Positions 24,714 to 36,686 are shown, counted from the stretch's first letter. The stretch: 64,000 nucleotides of DNA from Schizosaccharomyces osmophilus (GCF_027921745.1 NC_079238.1:1984001-2048000), one strand, 5' to 3'. Numbers and translations are program-made. Notes: generated from the sequence alone by a model not told the origin.

Positions 24714-26480
24714 TTAACCAGGGGAAGGGGAAGGTGCATTCCTTTTTGCATACTCTTCAGAACCAGAGGTGTTACGCAAACTCGATGAAGACCTGTTAGC
24801 ATCATCACGGTTGCTGACAGGAGGCTGAGGCTCACTAAATTTGGTATTGTTTTGCTGACGTTGCCAAATTGGTTGCTGATCAGTGTTAGATCGTTTTGCA
24901 GGAGGTTCTACTGATGTTCGAGAATTATAAGAGTCAGATCGCGATGGTCGATTTCTTGGTTCGGGACGATAATGTCTTTCATGTTCAATGCCAGAAGGGG
25001 GAGGATAATCACGGGGACGCTGATACGATTCGGACCTATTGGATATATTTTGATTTTGGTATCTTCGAGAATATTGGTGATATTGTTGTCCACCTCCTTC
25101 ATTGTCGCGGCGATTTCCACTGCGGTATTGTGGGTTTGGTCTTCGCATTCCATACCAAGGATCACCCGGGCCTCGAGTTACGAAGCGGAAGGAACGCTTT
25201 TTGTTGTAAGGGTTGCCGTTAGCATTATGAACATCTCTATCTTTTCTTTTGTCGTATTCGTGTGACGAAGTATAGTGTTGTAGTTGTGAAGGATCCGCAG
25301 GTAAAGGCTCAGTAGTGAAATATTCATGATCCAGCGCCATGCCAGCAGATAAACGTTCATCCGGATCCAATCGTAAAATAGAGCCAAATAAGGAAGTCAT
25401 CACCTTTCCGTAACTAAAAAACGCCGTTTCCAGTGTTCGAGGGTGCGCAGGGAATGAGCGAACACCCTCACATCCTGGTAGTTTTTCCCAATTAGGCATA
25501 GAAGCTTGAGTAGGTGATCCGCAAAGTCGAAAAATTCTATCTAATTGATCTAAATCACTGGACCCCTGCATTATTGGTTTTCCTCTGTACATTTCAGCCA
25601 TTATACATCCAACACTCCACATGTCAATTGCTGTCGTATAGCGACGTTCATTCAATAATAGTTCGGGAGATCGATACCACCTTGTCACCACGCAACCCGT
25701 ATATTCGCGACGATTCGGGGGAGGAATTCCAGGATTTTTATTTGCATACGATTCTTCGTCTATAACACGAGCCAAACCGAAATCTGCTATTTTCAAAAAG
25801 CCGTGATTATCAATCAGCAAATTGGCTGCTTTCAAATCACGGTGAAGAATGAAGCTGTCATGAAGATACTTGGTACCAGCAAGCAACTGTTTCATGTAGC
25901 ACTTAATTTGAGGTTCGGTGAATTTGACACTAGGATTCTTCAATAATCCGGACAAGTCATGATCCATATAAGGTGTAACCATGTAAATTGAGCCTCGCTT
26001 TCGATGCTTCTTGTCAGCCCGTACGACCGTCATATCCGTTAAGGCAATCACATTCTCATGAGAAAGGGATTTTAGGATTTTAATTTCTCGAATTGCAGTT
26101 ATTGGAAACTATATAGTCAGTCAGCACTTCTGCATAAAAACATAAATATGCCATAAGGCGATCAGTTATGAGTGTCTTCTGGCAGTCATCGTTCCTTACT
26201 CCTTCTCGTTCTGTATGTAGCAATATTTTTTTCAAAGCATATAATTTTCCGCTGGCTTTGTTTTTCGATTTATAAACTTCACTGTGTATTTGTTAATAAA
26301 GCTACAAGCACGCAGACGAATATATTTCCGTGCATACCCAAAGGTTCCTTCACCCAATTTTTCCATAAGTTCATATGAAAAAAGATGACTGCAGCCTTGG
26401 AATCGCTTTTGAAATTCCGAATTCACCTTTCGACGCGAAACTTTTTCATTTTCACTCATTACACCGCCGCTGCGTTTCAT
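24714..26480 (-). CDS. cdk9: P-TEFb cyclin-dependent kinase; introns 26282-26337, 26109-26199
   Basis: Spliced LGEGTFGEVYKS, ALKKI, EGFPITAIREIKILK, HRDLKAANLL, DFGLAR and YTGCVVTRWYR; R/Q/N-rich C-terminal tail. Confidence 0.95.
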
Positions 26481-26938
26481 GATATGTACCCTAAACCAGC
26501 CCAAAATTGTCTTTAAAAAACAAAATTTTTAATGTTACATACACGTTCCGGTAAATGAAATTTATGAAGAATGCTGCATAGATATAATATTGTCGAACGT
26601 CCAAGTTTTTCGAATAGAGTAGTTCACTAGATTACACTAATTAAAAACTGAACGTTTACATAATTACGTAGTAAAACAGAGAAACAAAAGTTGCATTTGA
26701 TTTAATTTCGCAAGTAAAGGATTTCAATTGTGGTTAGCACATGTGGAGCACGAACTATTCAGACAAAGTGTGTATGCGGGTATAGACATGACGGTATAGG
26801 AATCATAATTGGAATTCAGAATATGTATATAGAGCAAAGTATTCTTGGGATAACAAGAAACTTAAAGATATGCTTGAGGATTATCCAGTAGCCCATCGTG
26901 ACCAATTAAACTATCAGTTCTCTCCCCGAAAAGGGTAG

Positions 26939-28449
26939 CTATTTGGCAGGTATGTGAATTGTTTGTGTTGTCTCTAATTCTTCATTAAGAGATCCTTGAG
27001 AAAGCACAAGTTGAGAAGACATTTCCTCTTCGCTTTCCAACAAGTATGCAATTATATAAGCATCTTTGGCAGATATCAACACCGTTGGCGAGTGAAGATG
27101 ATGGGCGGCGTGAAGCCACTGAGCTTTCTGAATGAAAAAATCTGATTTAGGAATTGTAATGACCCGAGGTTCGTTCCATTTGTAAGACCAAAAATAAATA
27201 GAACAATTGAGAATGGACTGCATTTCTTGACCAATCCTAGGTTTTGCATGCTTTGTCTGAATCATTAAACAATGCGGAGAAGTAGGATGCCAAGAAAGAT
27301 GTTCGACGGGCTGCTGTTGTATGAGTATGGTATCCAATAATTGAGATTGTAAATTCCAAATCCAGACAACATTTTTTTGCTGAAGCGTAAAAGATGCTAC
27401 AAAAGAATTATCAGCATTAAAGAAAACTTCACAACGTTCATGTTCGTTTAAGGTCCTCATTGCAGTCGGCCATGGAGCGCGCTGATATGTTAGTTTGTAC
27501 TCTGAAGAAAGGTCTTCTTGCCAACAATTGAGTGCAAAGGGTTGGTCAAAATTATGCTGTAACTGAAAAGTTGGACTGAATGTTTGGGTATCCAGAATAA
27601 ATATCGTAGAGTTTTGTAAGCTACATAAAGCTAGCAGAGAAGAATCAGGACTCCACTGAGTTTTCGAAAACCCCAATTGTAGATCATCTTCGACCTTATA
27701 ACTAAATAGGAAAATACCAGGGTCTGAGAAGATATGAATAACGGTGTTTAAAGTGACATCTTGAACAACAAGCCACTGGCCGTTTGGTGACCACGAGACA
27801 GAGGATGCATCTATCGTTGGCAATTTGTAATTTCGTTCAAGGTTCCATGTTCCATCTAGCGACGTCTGATAGAAATTGAGAAAGTCAGACCCAAACTTTC
27901 GAATTAACATGGAACAAAGGTTGGAATAGGGATGAAAAGCAACAGCTAAATGCAGAGGTTAGGAAGTTAAATTTTTTAAAGATATAAATGTATATATAAA
28001 TAATACGTACCTTGGTCAATATCGCCCTTTGGATGAGAGACCACAAATCCTTTTTTCGACTCCAAAGTCCAAATCGTAACTTTATTATGGATCTCAGAGA
28101 AGAACAACAATTGACCTAGTGGACTGCATTCTATACGTTTCACATGGTCCCGATTACAGTCAATGGTGGCATAAAAATATTCTTGGCGAAAATCTAAAAC
28201 AAACGCTTTATCCAAAGAAGCCACGCATATTTGCGTTGTTTCAAGAGAATCTCGTCTTGTTATCCAAAACAACCAGGTGGCTTTTTGCACAAAATCTGGA
28301 TTCAAAAGAAAGACATGCTGCAATTCAAGGGTTTCTATGTTTCGTATCAAAACATGGCCAGACCGAGAAAGGGATGCAATCCAAAGATTACATGGAGAAA
28401 TGACAGCATGGGTAGGACTTAAACTTGCATATAAAGCAGTTAAATCCAT
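26939..28449 (-). CDS. wdr8: WD40 protein of the WDR8/WRAP73 family (mitotic SPB); intron 27946-28010
   Basis: Two ORFs are joined in frame by a GTACGT..TAG intron; WD-type repeats (WSPNGQWL, WSPDS, VWIWNL); MDLTALY start; synteny. Confidence 0.8.
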
Positions 28450-28461
28450 AAAATATCCATT

Positions 28462-28519
28462 TATTTACCTAAGCGTCTGTACTAGGTTCTTTATTTACAT
28501 GGAAAGTTGCTATGGCAAC
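28462..28519. promoter_or_regulatory. RFX X-box (28506-28519) with two forkhead cores (28462-28468, 28492-28498)
   Basis: GTTGCTATGGCAAC fits GTYNCY-AT-RGNAAC; TATTTAC is the reverse complement of GTAAATA and occurs twice; all lie within 70 bp of the wdr8 ATG. Confidence 0.65.
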
Positions 28520-29246
28520 GCCTCTGGTAACTTTATGTATATAAAGAGGAACACCTCCTCTGATCTTACCAACCACCACGCCCGCTTTCTTATGAAAAGA
28601 TGCAAAAATCGAGTGCTGCTTTACTACAATGCGTCGATTTGTGAGAACTTAGTTGCAAAAAACGGCGATATTCGGTCTGTACTTTTGTTGGTTGGGCGTG
28701 GCAGAAAGGCCTTTAGGCAGCAGCTCAAAGCAGCTGGTTTTGTCGAAATCGACAAGGTCATCGATAGAGCTGTACATTTCTTGTAGAATTTCATAGCGTT
28801 TTAGCGTCCTAGGATTGTTTAGGAGGAATCTAGAAAGTATCGGACGAAAAATTTACAATGCAATAATATCCAATACAGTGTGAATGATTTTGAACATCGT
28901 TTCCATTGCTACATATTATTTTCATGTATGTGAGCTTTCGTAGAAAAGCAGAAGAGACAGTCCATCAGTCTTTTAGTCTTTTCGTAAATTCATGTTTAAT
29001 GCTTTAGATTAGGGATTTTAATGATTTCAGCCTACAAGGATGTTTGAAGGTGAAAGCATGGTACCAAAGATTCTAGAAATGACAGTTCCAATCAATTATT
29101 TGTACAATCGTAATAAACAGATTTCACCCATTCTTTTAAAGGTTGAACTGTTTTTTTCCTGGAAGCATACATACATTTATATTCAGCAAAAAGCATGTAT
29201 TTTATAAAGCGTTATATACACTTAAAATTATAAAAGCAATAAGGAA

Positions 29247-29319
29247 GGCCCCTTAACTCAGTTGGTAGAGTGTGAGATTCCAAATCTTGAAGTCAAGTGT
29301 TCAAGTCACTTAGGGGTCA
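29247..29319 (+). tRNA. tRNA-Trp(CCA), intronless
   Basis: Acceptor stem GGCCCCT/AGGGGTC plus discriminator A; D arm ACTC-AGTTGGTA-GAGT; anticodon arm TGAGA-TTCCAAA-TCTTG; T loop TTCAAGT; T5 Pol III terminator at 29322-29326. Confidence 0.96.
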
Positions 29320-30004
29320 TCTTTTTCAATCAATTTTTGGTACTCGAAAGAAAAGACAATTTTTTGGATGGAATTTATTCATTTTTCTTTTTCTTTTGTG
29401 AGTCTATGGTTTAAATACTGGTACAGCGACTTGTGTATGCCTCTGCCCTCGTCAATTATCAAGGTCAGTAAGTCATAAATGATTCTTTTTTGCTTTACGA
29501 AGAACGAAACTTGATAAGAAATAAAAAAAACTTTAGAATCCTCTCTATCACAGTTATAAATTTTACTCGACTTTTTCAATTTCAGATCTTTTGTTTACGT
29601 ACAAGTAAATAAACAAAAGAATAAAAGATCCTCGAAGGGACAATTCGTAAGAGATGTGAAGAATGGTTACTACAAAAGAAACGAATAAATAAAGAGGTAA
29701 GAAGACTAAGCTTCGCTTTTTAGTTTCATTTAGTTTTTTGGTTTTTACGATTGTTCTTGAATGATTAAAGACCTTGCGTGGATGTGTGGTAAAGAAGATG
29801 AAGTTAAATTTTTCTTTGTTCGATCAATTCATTCGGTATCATAAATGTAACCGCTTGTCTTTTTGATAGAATGGTTATAATAAGCCCCATTAGCGATTTC
29901 TCTCTTCTCTTACAATGAACATACAAGGTAGCCACAAAATCCATTCCAAGGAACAACCACTACGCCCGCTTTCAAGTGGGATTGATAGGTTTCTTTTTTT
30001 ATAA

Positions 30005-31294
30005 ATGGCATTTAAAAAGAATAGACTGTTCTTTTTTGTTTTTGTTTTTATTTGTGGGACTCTATGGTTCCAAAACTGGCACAGATTCTATCGGGTGTTT
30101 CTGAAGAAATTGAGACCTATAAATGAAACCTATGATGCTCCTTTTGCCATAGGATGTAAAAATGTAGCCTATGAAGCAAACACCCATCCAAGGATGAATG
30201 CTACGTTCATGATGCTTACGCGCAATTCTGATCTTGACGGTGTTTTGTCCAGCATAAAATCGATCGAAAAAAGGTTTAATCAACATTTTAATTACCCTTA
30301 CGTCTTTTTAAATGACGAGTCATTCTCGGAAGGGTTCAAGGAAGCTGTTCAAAAGGTGACACAGTCCAAAGTGCAATTTGGTGTCGTGGGCCAAGAATTG
30401 TGGGACTTTCCATCAAATGTTGATCAAAGTCTCATTGATGAAGCTATCGCCAAACAAGCAGGTATGAAATATGGCAACTTGCCGAGCTATCATAAAATGT
30501 GTCGCTTCTTTTCTAAAGAGTTTTACAAGCATCCTTTAGTGCAACAGTATGAGTGGTATTGGCGATTGGAGCCGGAGGTTTCTTTTTCTTGCGATATTTC
30601 TTACGATCCCTTTTACTATATGCAAAAATATGACAAGGTCTATGGCTTTGTGATTGCTATTGAAGAAAGAGCAGCAACTATACCAAATCTGTTTCGTTAC
30701 ACAATTGCTCATAAGAAAGCCGCCAATTTAGACACTACAGACCTTTGGAAGTTTTTCCTCAATGATGAATACGATAAGCATGTTCAAATATTGAAAGAAG
30801 AACAAAAGTACGATCAAGTCTTTGTATTTCCGGAACCACCTTTAGATAGTATCAATGGTGAAATTTATAATTTATGTCACTTTTGGAGCAATTTCGAGAT
30901 TGCACGCCTCGATTTCTTTCAAAGCAAAGAATACAATGATTACATGAATGCACTAGAGGAAGCCGGTGGATTCTGGACAGAAAGGGTATGTTATTTTATC
31001 ATATACAAGAATATTATTTCGTTTATTATAATTATTGTTGTTGTTTCGAATGCTAATCTATTCCTTTAGTGGGGAGACGCGCCTGTACATTCGTTGGCCG
31101 TCGGACTATTATTGAATCGATCTCAAGTACATTATTTTCGTGATTTAGGATATCAGCATACGACGATTCAACATTGTGCTCAAGAACTTGGTTGCAATTG
31201 CGACTGTCCATTTACTCTGCCGGAAATTGAACCTATATCTGATTCTTGCATCAATCGATGGGCTGAAGTGATGGGTGGATTTTTGGATGAGTAA
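30005..31294 (+). CDS. omh5: KRE2/MNT1-family (GT15) alpha-1,2-mannosyltransferase; intron 30986-31069
   Basis: Type II membrane anchor; YPYVFLND, SYHKMCRFFS, YWRLEP, YNLCHFWSNFEI and spliced ERWGDAPVHSLAV. The paralogue name comes from synteny. Confidence 0.88.
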
Positions 31295-31553
31295 ATTGGT
31301 CCAGCTTTAAAAGTGATGAGAATGTTACCTTCATGAATGTGAAGGTGATTAAAAAGGTTTTTGAAAATTAACCATTCATAATTTATTTTTTCTGGGGCGA
31401 CGTGAAAATTATCTAGTATAAACAATTAAAGTAGTATCTACAAATTAGTATATTCTTCGTCAAACAATATGTATCATCTGTAAGTCATTATGCAACATGT
31501 GATTCATGCCAGGTCCTAAATCGTAAAGCTCACAAATCGTTTGTCCAAGCAGA

Positions 31554-32453
31554 TTAGGGGAACCAAAGTCGGATCGTCGAGTCCCAAGAACCGCTTGCTA
31601 AAGTTGTTCCATCGGGATTGAGGGTAACGCTACTAACACGGTTATCATGACCTGACAATGAAGTAACTAATTTAGCAGAAGCAGAGTCCCATACCTCGCA
31701 TACTTTACCTGTAGCTACAATCAAAAATTTACCAGATTTAGAAAAGCAAACAGAACTTACGGGGTTCGATTTTTCTGAGGGGTATTCAAAGATGGCTGTC
31801 TTTGCACGAATATCAAAACATTTAGATTTTCCATCCTCAGCACCCGTAGCGAACGATGTTTCCGAAGGAAAAAAAGAAACAGAGTTGATATCAGAATCAT
31901 TGCCAAAAATAGTCAATCCAGAGGATTTCGTCCGTAGGTCCCATACTCTTGAGGTTTTATCGCAACCGCCAGAAACAAATATATTTGGGTTCCCTGGTAA
32001 AAAGTCTAATGCCATGACATCTCCAAGATGTCCTTCAAATTTCGTGATAGAGGTTCGCTTTTGTATGTCCCACAAAATGCAACTTCGATCACCAGAAGAG
32101 GTTAATAAACGATTTTCGTCAACATATTTGCATGAAGAGATAAAGCCATCGTGTCCGACAAGATCAATTGGCTCGGCGTCCGGTTTATCTGTGGGGATAA
32201 CTTTGCAACTGTTGTTTAAACCACCAGCGGCTATGGTCTCTGCGGAAGGCGAAAATGCACATGTCATCACCCAAAGAGAAGGCACTTGGAACAAGGCAAG
32301 CTTGTTGTACGTGTTCGCGTCCCAAACGAGCAAAGAATCATCCGCTGATGACAAGATATATCTTCCATCAGAGGACCAATCCACCTTTGGTATCTTGCCT
32401 AATGGAGTCTTTAAGACACGAGAGTGTAAGCCTAGCGAAAGTTGGCTAGTCAT
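31554..32453 (-). CDS. git5: Heterotrimeric G-protein beta subunit without the N-terminal coiled coil
   Basis: G-beta WD repeats (WVMTCAFSPS, GHLGDVMAL, GHDNRVSSV, SGSWDSTIRLW); 299 aa. Confidence 0.92.
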   Translation of the reverse strand: MTSQLSLGLHSRVLKTPLGKIPKVDWSSDGRYILSSADDSLLVWDANTYNKLALFQVPSLWVMTCAFSPSAETIAAGGLNNSCKVIPTDKPDAEPIDLVGHDGFISSCKYVDENRLLTSSGDRSCILWDIQKRTSITKFEGHLGDVMALDFLPGNPNIFVSGGCDKTSRVWDLRTKSSGLTIFGNDSDINSVSFFPSETSFATGAEDGKSKCFDIRAKTAIFEYPSEKSNPVSSVCFSKSGKFLIVATGKVCEVWDSASAKLVTSLSGHDNRVSSVTLNPDGTTLASGSWDSTIRLWFP

Positions 32454-33159
32454 ACCCGCAATTTGTTATAATTTTGTTTGTAGATGTCGTCCACTCAACC
32501 AACTGTAAATATCGAGTAACGAAAGAAAAAATCCCTCCCGCGATTTGTTTATTCCACAGTTTGAATTATCCTGAACAGCGTAATATTTGAGAATCGCCAA
32601 ATGTCACTGTTCGACAAGAAGTTCCCTTCCAAAGGTACTTCTATTGTAAAAACTTGGTTTATAGGGTCGTCTAATACGAGTTTTTGTTAATAAGTTCCTT
32701 TGGAACAAGATAAACGTTAGCTTTTGCTTTGACGAAAATTGGTTGTAAGTCCAACGTCAGATGATACTCTATTAGATAACCGATTGTGACCTGATAACAC
32801 GACAAAAAAATACAAAGTCGGTTTTTATAGTACTTGTAAATATGCGATTGTTGAATGAATTCAATTTACACTTTACTAAAGGAGCCTTAGTAATATAAAT
32901 GAAATTTTTAGAAGATACTAGTATAACGTTATAATCAGAAACAAAACATAGGCCGGTTCATATAATGGTTCAAGACAGCTTCTTATATACGATATCGTAT
33001 GCTTCATCAAAGTACTGCTTGTCCTTTTATTGATGTATTTAGAATATCTTTCCATGTGAGAACAGAGTTTGCTGATGGACTTCCACATTTGTAAGGATTC
33101 TTTTCACTCCTTATGAGTAAAAGAGCAAGGGAAGAAGAATTCAAAGCAATTTAAGAAAC

Positions 33160-34418
33160 TTACGCTGGAAATTCAATAGACAAGTCCGCTAGGCAATTGA
33201 AGAAGGTCATATCCGAGTTTGGTTCTTGTTCCAAACTCCCAGAAGAATCAGAAGAGACTCCCCACACTTGCAACTCTTCTTCGTTGACTTGTGGAAGATG
33301 CAAGAATATTTGTAGTATTGTGGTACTCATTGAATACTTGATGAGGAATGAAAACCAAGGCAAGGTACTTAAAGTCTGAATAAGACGCCTAGCCTGGATA
33401 CACCATTTGGAACAAAATCTGGTGAGAAGCCCAATATAGTGAATAGACTTTAGAAAAAGATTTAAATACTCTAACGAAAGACCGTAGGTACCAAAGATTC
33501 GAACAACTCGAGTCGGGGACATGGAATAGATTTCGATGTATATTTGAGGAGTAGATATGACTTTTAGCATATACAGAAATTGATGGATATTTTGAGGGCA
33601 TGGGTATTTGGAGAGAAAGATTTCCTGAGGAATCTTTTCCATCACATATTCTGACTTTCTACGATCTCTTTCGATAAACTCTTGCTCGATATCGCTCAGT
33701 GGTTCTCTCTTTTGTGCTGCCTCTTCAGAAACTCTTTGATTTGTTCGGTAAAGAGACTCTCTGCAGAAAGTAAGATTTTCCCTTTGACGTTCACATCGAA
33801 ATCGGCAGAGACTACAGGCAGTGTGTGCTCTCTTCCAGAGGAAAAAGCCACGAGTAAAATCTGGATACATCTTTCGTAATAAAGCAGGTAACTGCTCCCT
33901 AGTGGCTACTCGTGGATGCCGTAAATCCCATGTAGTATAGCTTCGATCACACGTTGTATAGGAAGACCGTAGCTTCGTTAAAGCTTTTTGTATATTGGTG
34001 TTTTCGGAATCCGCATCTAAAGCATGTTCCCAATCTCGATTAGCTAACTCTGGATGACCGATGCGAAGATATGCCAGTCCGCGTCTCCAAGCAGCTTTGT
34101 TGTCATGAGGATTGATCATTAAAGCAAACGTGCAATCTTTAACTACTTCAGAATATCTAAAGTATATATGTTAGCTTCATGCGACTGGGTAATGGACTCG
34201 ATTAATATGATGATTCACCTTTTCCTTTTCAAATTTATCAGCGACCTTTGTAAATACTTTTCATTATTATACGATTCATCTCGCAGGCCAAGACGAAATT
34301 CGTCAAATGCTTCTGATTGATATGACTATGTGACAATGAGTAAGTGAATTATTGCAAAAGATTGGGGTAAAAAATAAAAACTTACACCATCTTCCAGATC
34401 AGAGATGTCTTGAAACAT
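33160..34418 (-). CDS. mug93: TPR-containing meiotic protein; introns 34326-34385, 34157-34218
   Basis: Spliced MFQDISDLEDG|SYQSEAF...LINLKRKR|YSEVVKDCTFALMINPHDNKAAWRRGLAY (TPR helices); synteny. Confidence 0.75.
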
Positions 34419-34896
34419 TTTAATTTTTCTTCCTTGGAAAAAGAGTTTGAAAAGAAATTGACATTGTCTTGGAAGGAAGATGGTTTGTTTATCCAAAATC
34501 TTTAGTGTTGATAAACAAACACAGGCAACATAGACATAAACAAAAAAGTGATGTGTTTGTTTTCATCGATACAATATCACAGAGAACTCAAACACATGTT
34601 TAGAAAGCTCAAAAATCAAAAATTGGGATTATTGTGTTATACAAATGGTACCTTATAGTTTATAGCATGTATGTTCAACTTGTAAAGCGCACAATACCAT
34701 CATTCATTATTACCACCTAAACAAACCCAGTGTATACAAACTAAATTAAAACCCAGACAAAATCGAGATAAGAATATGAGCAGTGACAAACATACTGATT
34801 TCAATCAAAAATTCAGAAAAAGTTGTCCTAACGCTCACATAGACAGGAATAGTATACCATTTTAAAGAAAAGTGCTATTCAAAGAGCATAAAATTT

Positions 34897-35396
34897 TTAT
34901 TTTTTCCTCATGAACTTTGCGAATGAATTTTGCTTTTGACGCTTTCCTTGCTTTAGATGCTTCTGGGCCCAGCGATTTCTATTATTGTCACGAGGACCAG
35001 ATGTAGATACCTTAGGCTTATCCTCATCCATAGAGCCACCTGCGGGAGCCTCGGAGGTAACTTCTTCTACAGCTTTATCTGCGACCTTTTCATCTCGGTT
35101 GGCAGGAGACTTTGTCAAGTCATTTACTTGATCTTGAAGGTGAGCTGAAAGTCTCTTTGTTCGTTCATCAACTACGGGTTGAAACACGTTTGCACGGAGC
35201 TAATGGCAGTTAGTAAAATTGACCACATCGTTGGGATTAGAATTCCTCCATGTACAAAAAGCTCATTTTCCTCGGTTTCCACTTGCTATGAATGGCCAGG
35301 AAATGGTATTTTGCATCACATGGAAGGATAGAATTTATCTCTACTTACAGCTCTTTTGTTTCTGCGAACAGTCTTGGAACGAGCAGACTTAGCCAT
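34897..35396 (-). CDS. Small basic nucleolar protein, DUF2423/YBL028C-like; intron 35200-35348
   Basis: Exon 1 MAKSARSKTVRRNKRA, GTAAGT donor, TACTAAC..TAG acceptor, exon 2 LRANVFQPVVDERTKRLS...KVSTSGPRDNNR. Confidence 0.85.
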
Positions 35397-36015
35397 GATG
35401 GGGAATTGGCAAAAATTGAATTCCCTAAAAAACGACTTGAGAAAGATATACCGCTCTCGTTCAATTTCGCTATTACTTCTAGCGATATACTTTAAAATTT
35501 TTTAATAAATAAATAAAAGGCGATTGAAAAAGATTTGGGCATCGCCAAATAGAGACAATAATTCTATAAAGTGGGAGATATGAATTGATTGTTAGCTAAT
35601 TCAACAATATTTCATTCCATAAAATATTGTGAATGCCCAAAAAGTGAATAGTGTACTTTGAGAATGAAATCCAAGTCTTTTCAATGTATCTTTGATTCTA
35701 TGTCTTTTCTAAGAAACTGTGATGTGTATTGGAAAGAAAAATAAAGAATAATTGGGTTCATCGTATGTATTTTTGTATGCGAACAAATGTCTTGCCACGA
35801 GTATTTTCTTTTTTCTTTTGTTTACAATATAGTGAGTTTCAAGTAATTCGCTAAGTGATTCAGTGGATCATTCCAGCACGTAAAACCTAAAGTTGGCGAC
35901 ACGAACACCAAGAACGCAGAAACGGAATCTACCAAAAGCCATTCTTTAGGGAAAGAGGGAATTGTTGTTGAGTAAGGGACGAACCTGAATTTACAGACAC
36001 TTCAGCAACTTGACA

Positions 36016-36686
36016 ATGGGTAAAGCAAAGACAACGAGAAAATTTGCTCAGGTAAAACGAACATTAAATCCCAAAGATCAGCGTCTTCAAAAGAAGAATG
36101 ACAAAAAGGATAAGCCTGACACTACGAAAAACGGTGAATTAATCAGAGAAGTGTATGTACAATAGACGGGTTGAATGCGTAGAAAGCCGATCTTAAAATA
36201 CAATGCTAGAGGTTTCAAGAAAAAAGCTAACAAAGTTGATATAGACCCCAAGTTGCCTCAAATCTCTTTTTCCAGTACAATGAAAGACTTGGACCACCTT
36301 ACCATGTTTTGATTGATACAAACTTTATCAACTTTTGTCTTCAACAAAAAATTGAGGTGTATGATGGATTGATGACTTGCTTATATGCAAAGACCATCCC
36401 TTGCATTACTGACTGTGTGATGGCCGAGTTGGAAAAACTGGGAATCCGTTACAGGATTGCACTTCGGATCGCCAAAGATGAACGTATGGAACGTTTGCCG
36501 TGTTCGCACAAGGGTGTTTATGCAGATGATTGCATAGTCAATCGAGTAATACAGCACAAATGCTATTTAGTAGCTACGAATGACAAAAATTTAAAGCAAA
36601 GAATCCGAAAGATTCCTGGTGTACCCATTTTGTCGGTGGCGAGCCACAAAATCAAGGTGGAGCGTTTGGTGGACGTTGTAGATTGA
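36016..36686 (+). CDS. fcf1: PIN-domain rRNA-processing nuclease Fcf1/Utp24; intron 36153-36244
   Basis: MGKAKTTRKFAQVKR start; PPYHVLIDTNFINF, YADDCIV and VATNDKNLKQRIRKIPGVP. Confidence 0.95.

Noticed and set aside
26109..26199. Possible box C/D snoRNA in cdk9 intron 2 (ACGATGA...CTGA)
   Set aside because: The C box is imperfect and only a few nt from the donor, the distal CTGAs coincide with the branch site, and I could not identify a terminal stem or rRNA guide.
31792..32508. 238-aa ATG ORF antisense to git5
   Set aside because: Codon-aligned mirror of the git5 frame, with no motif and no independent evidence.
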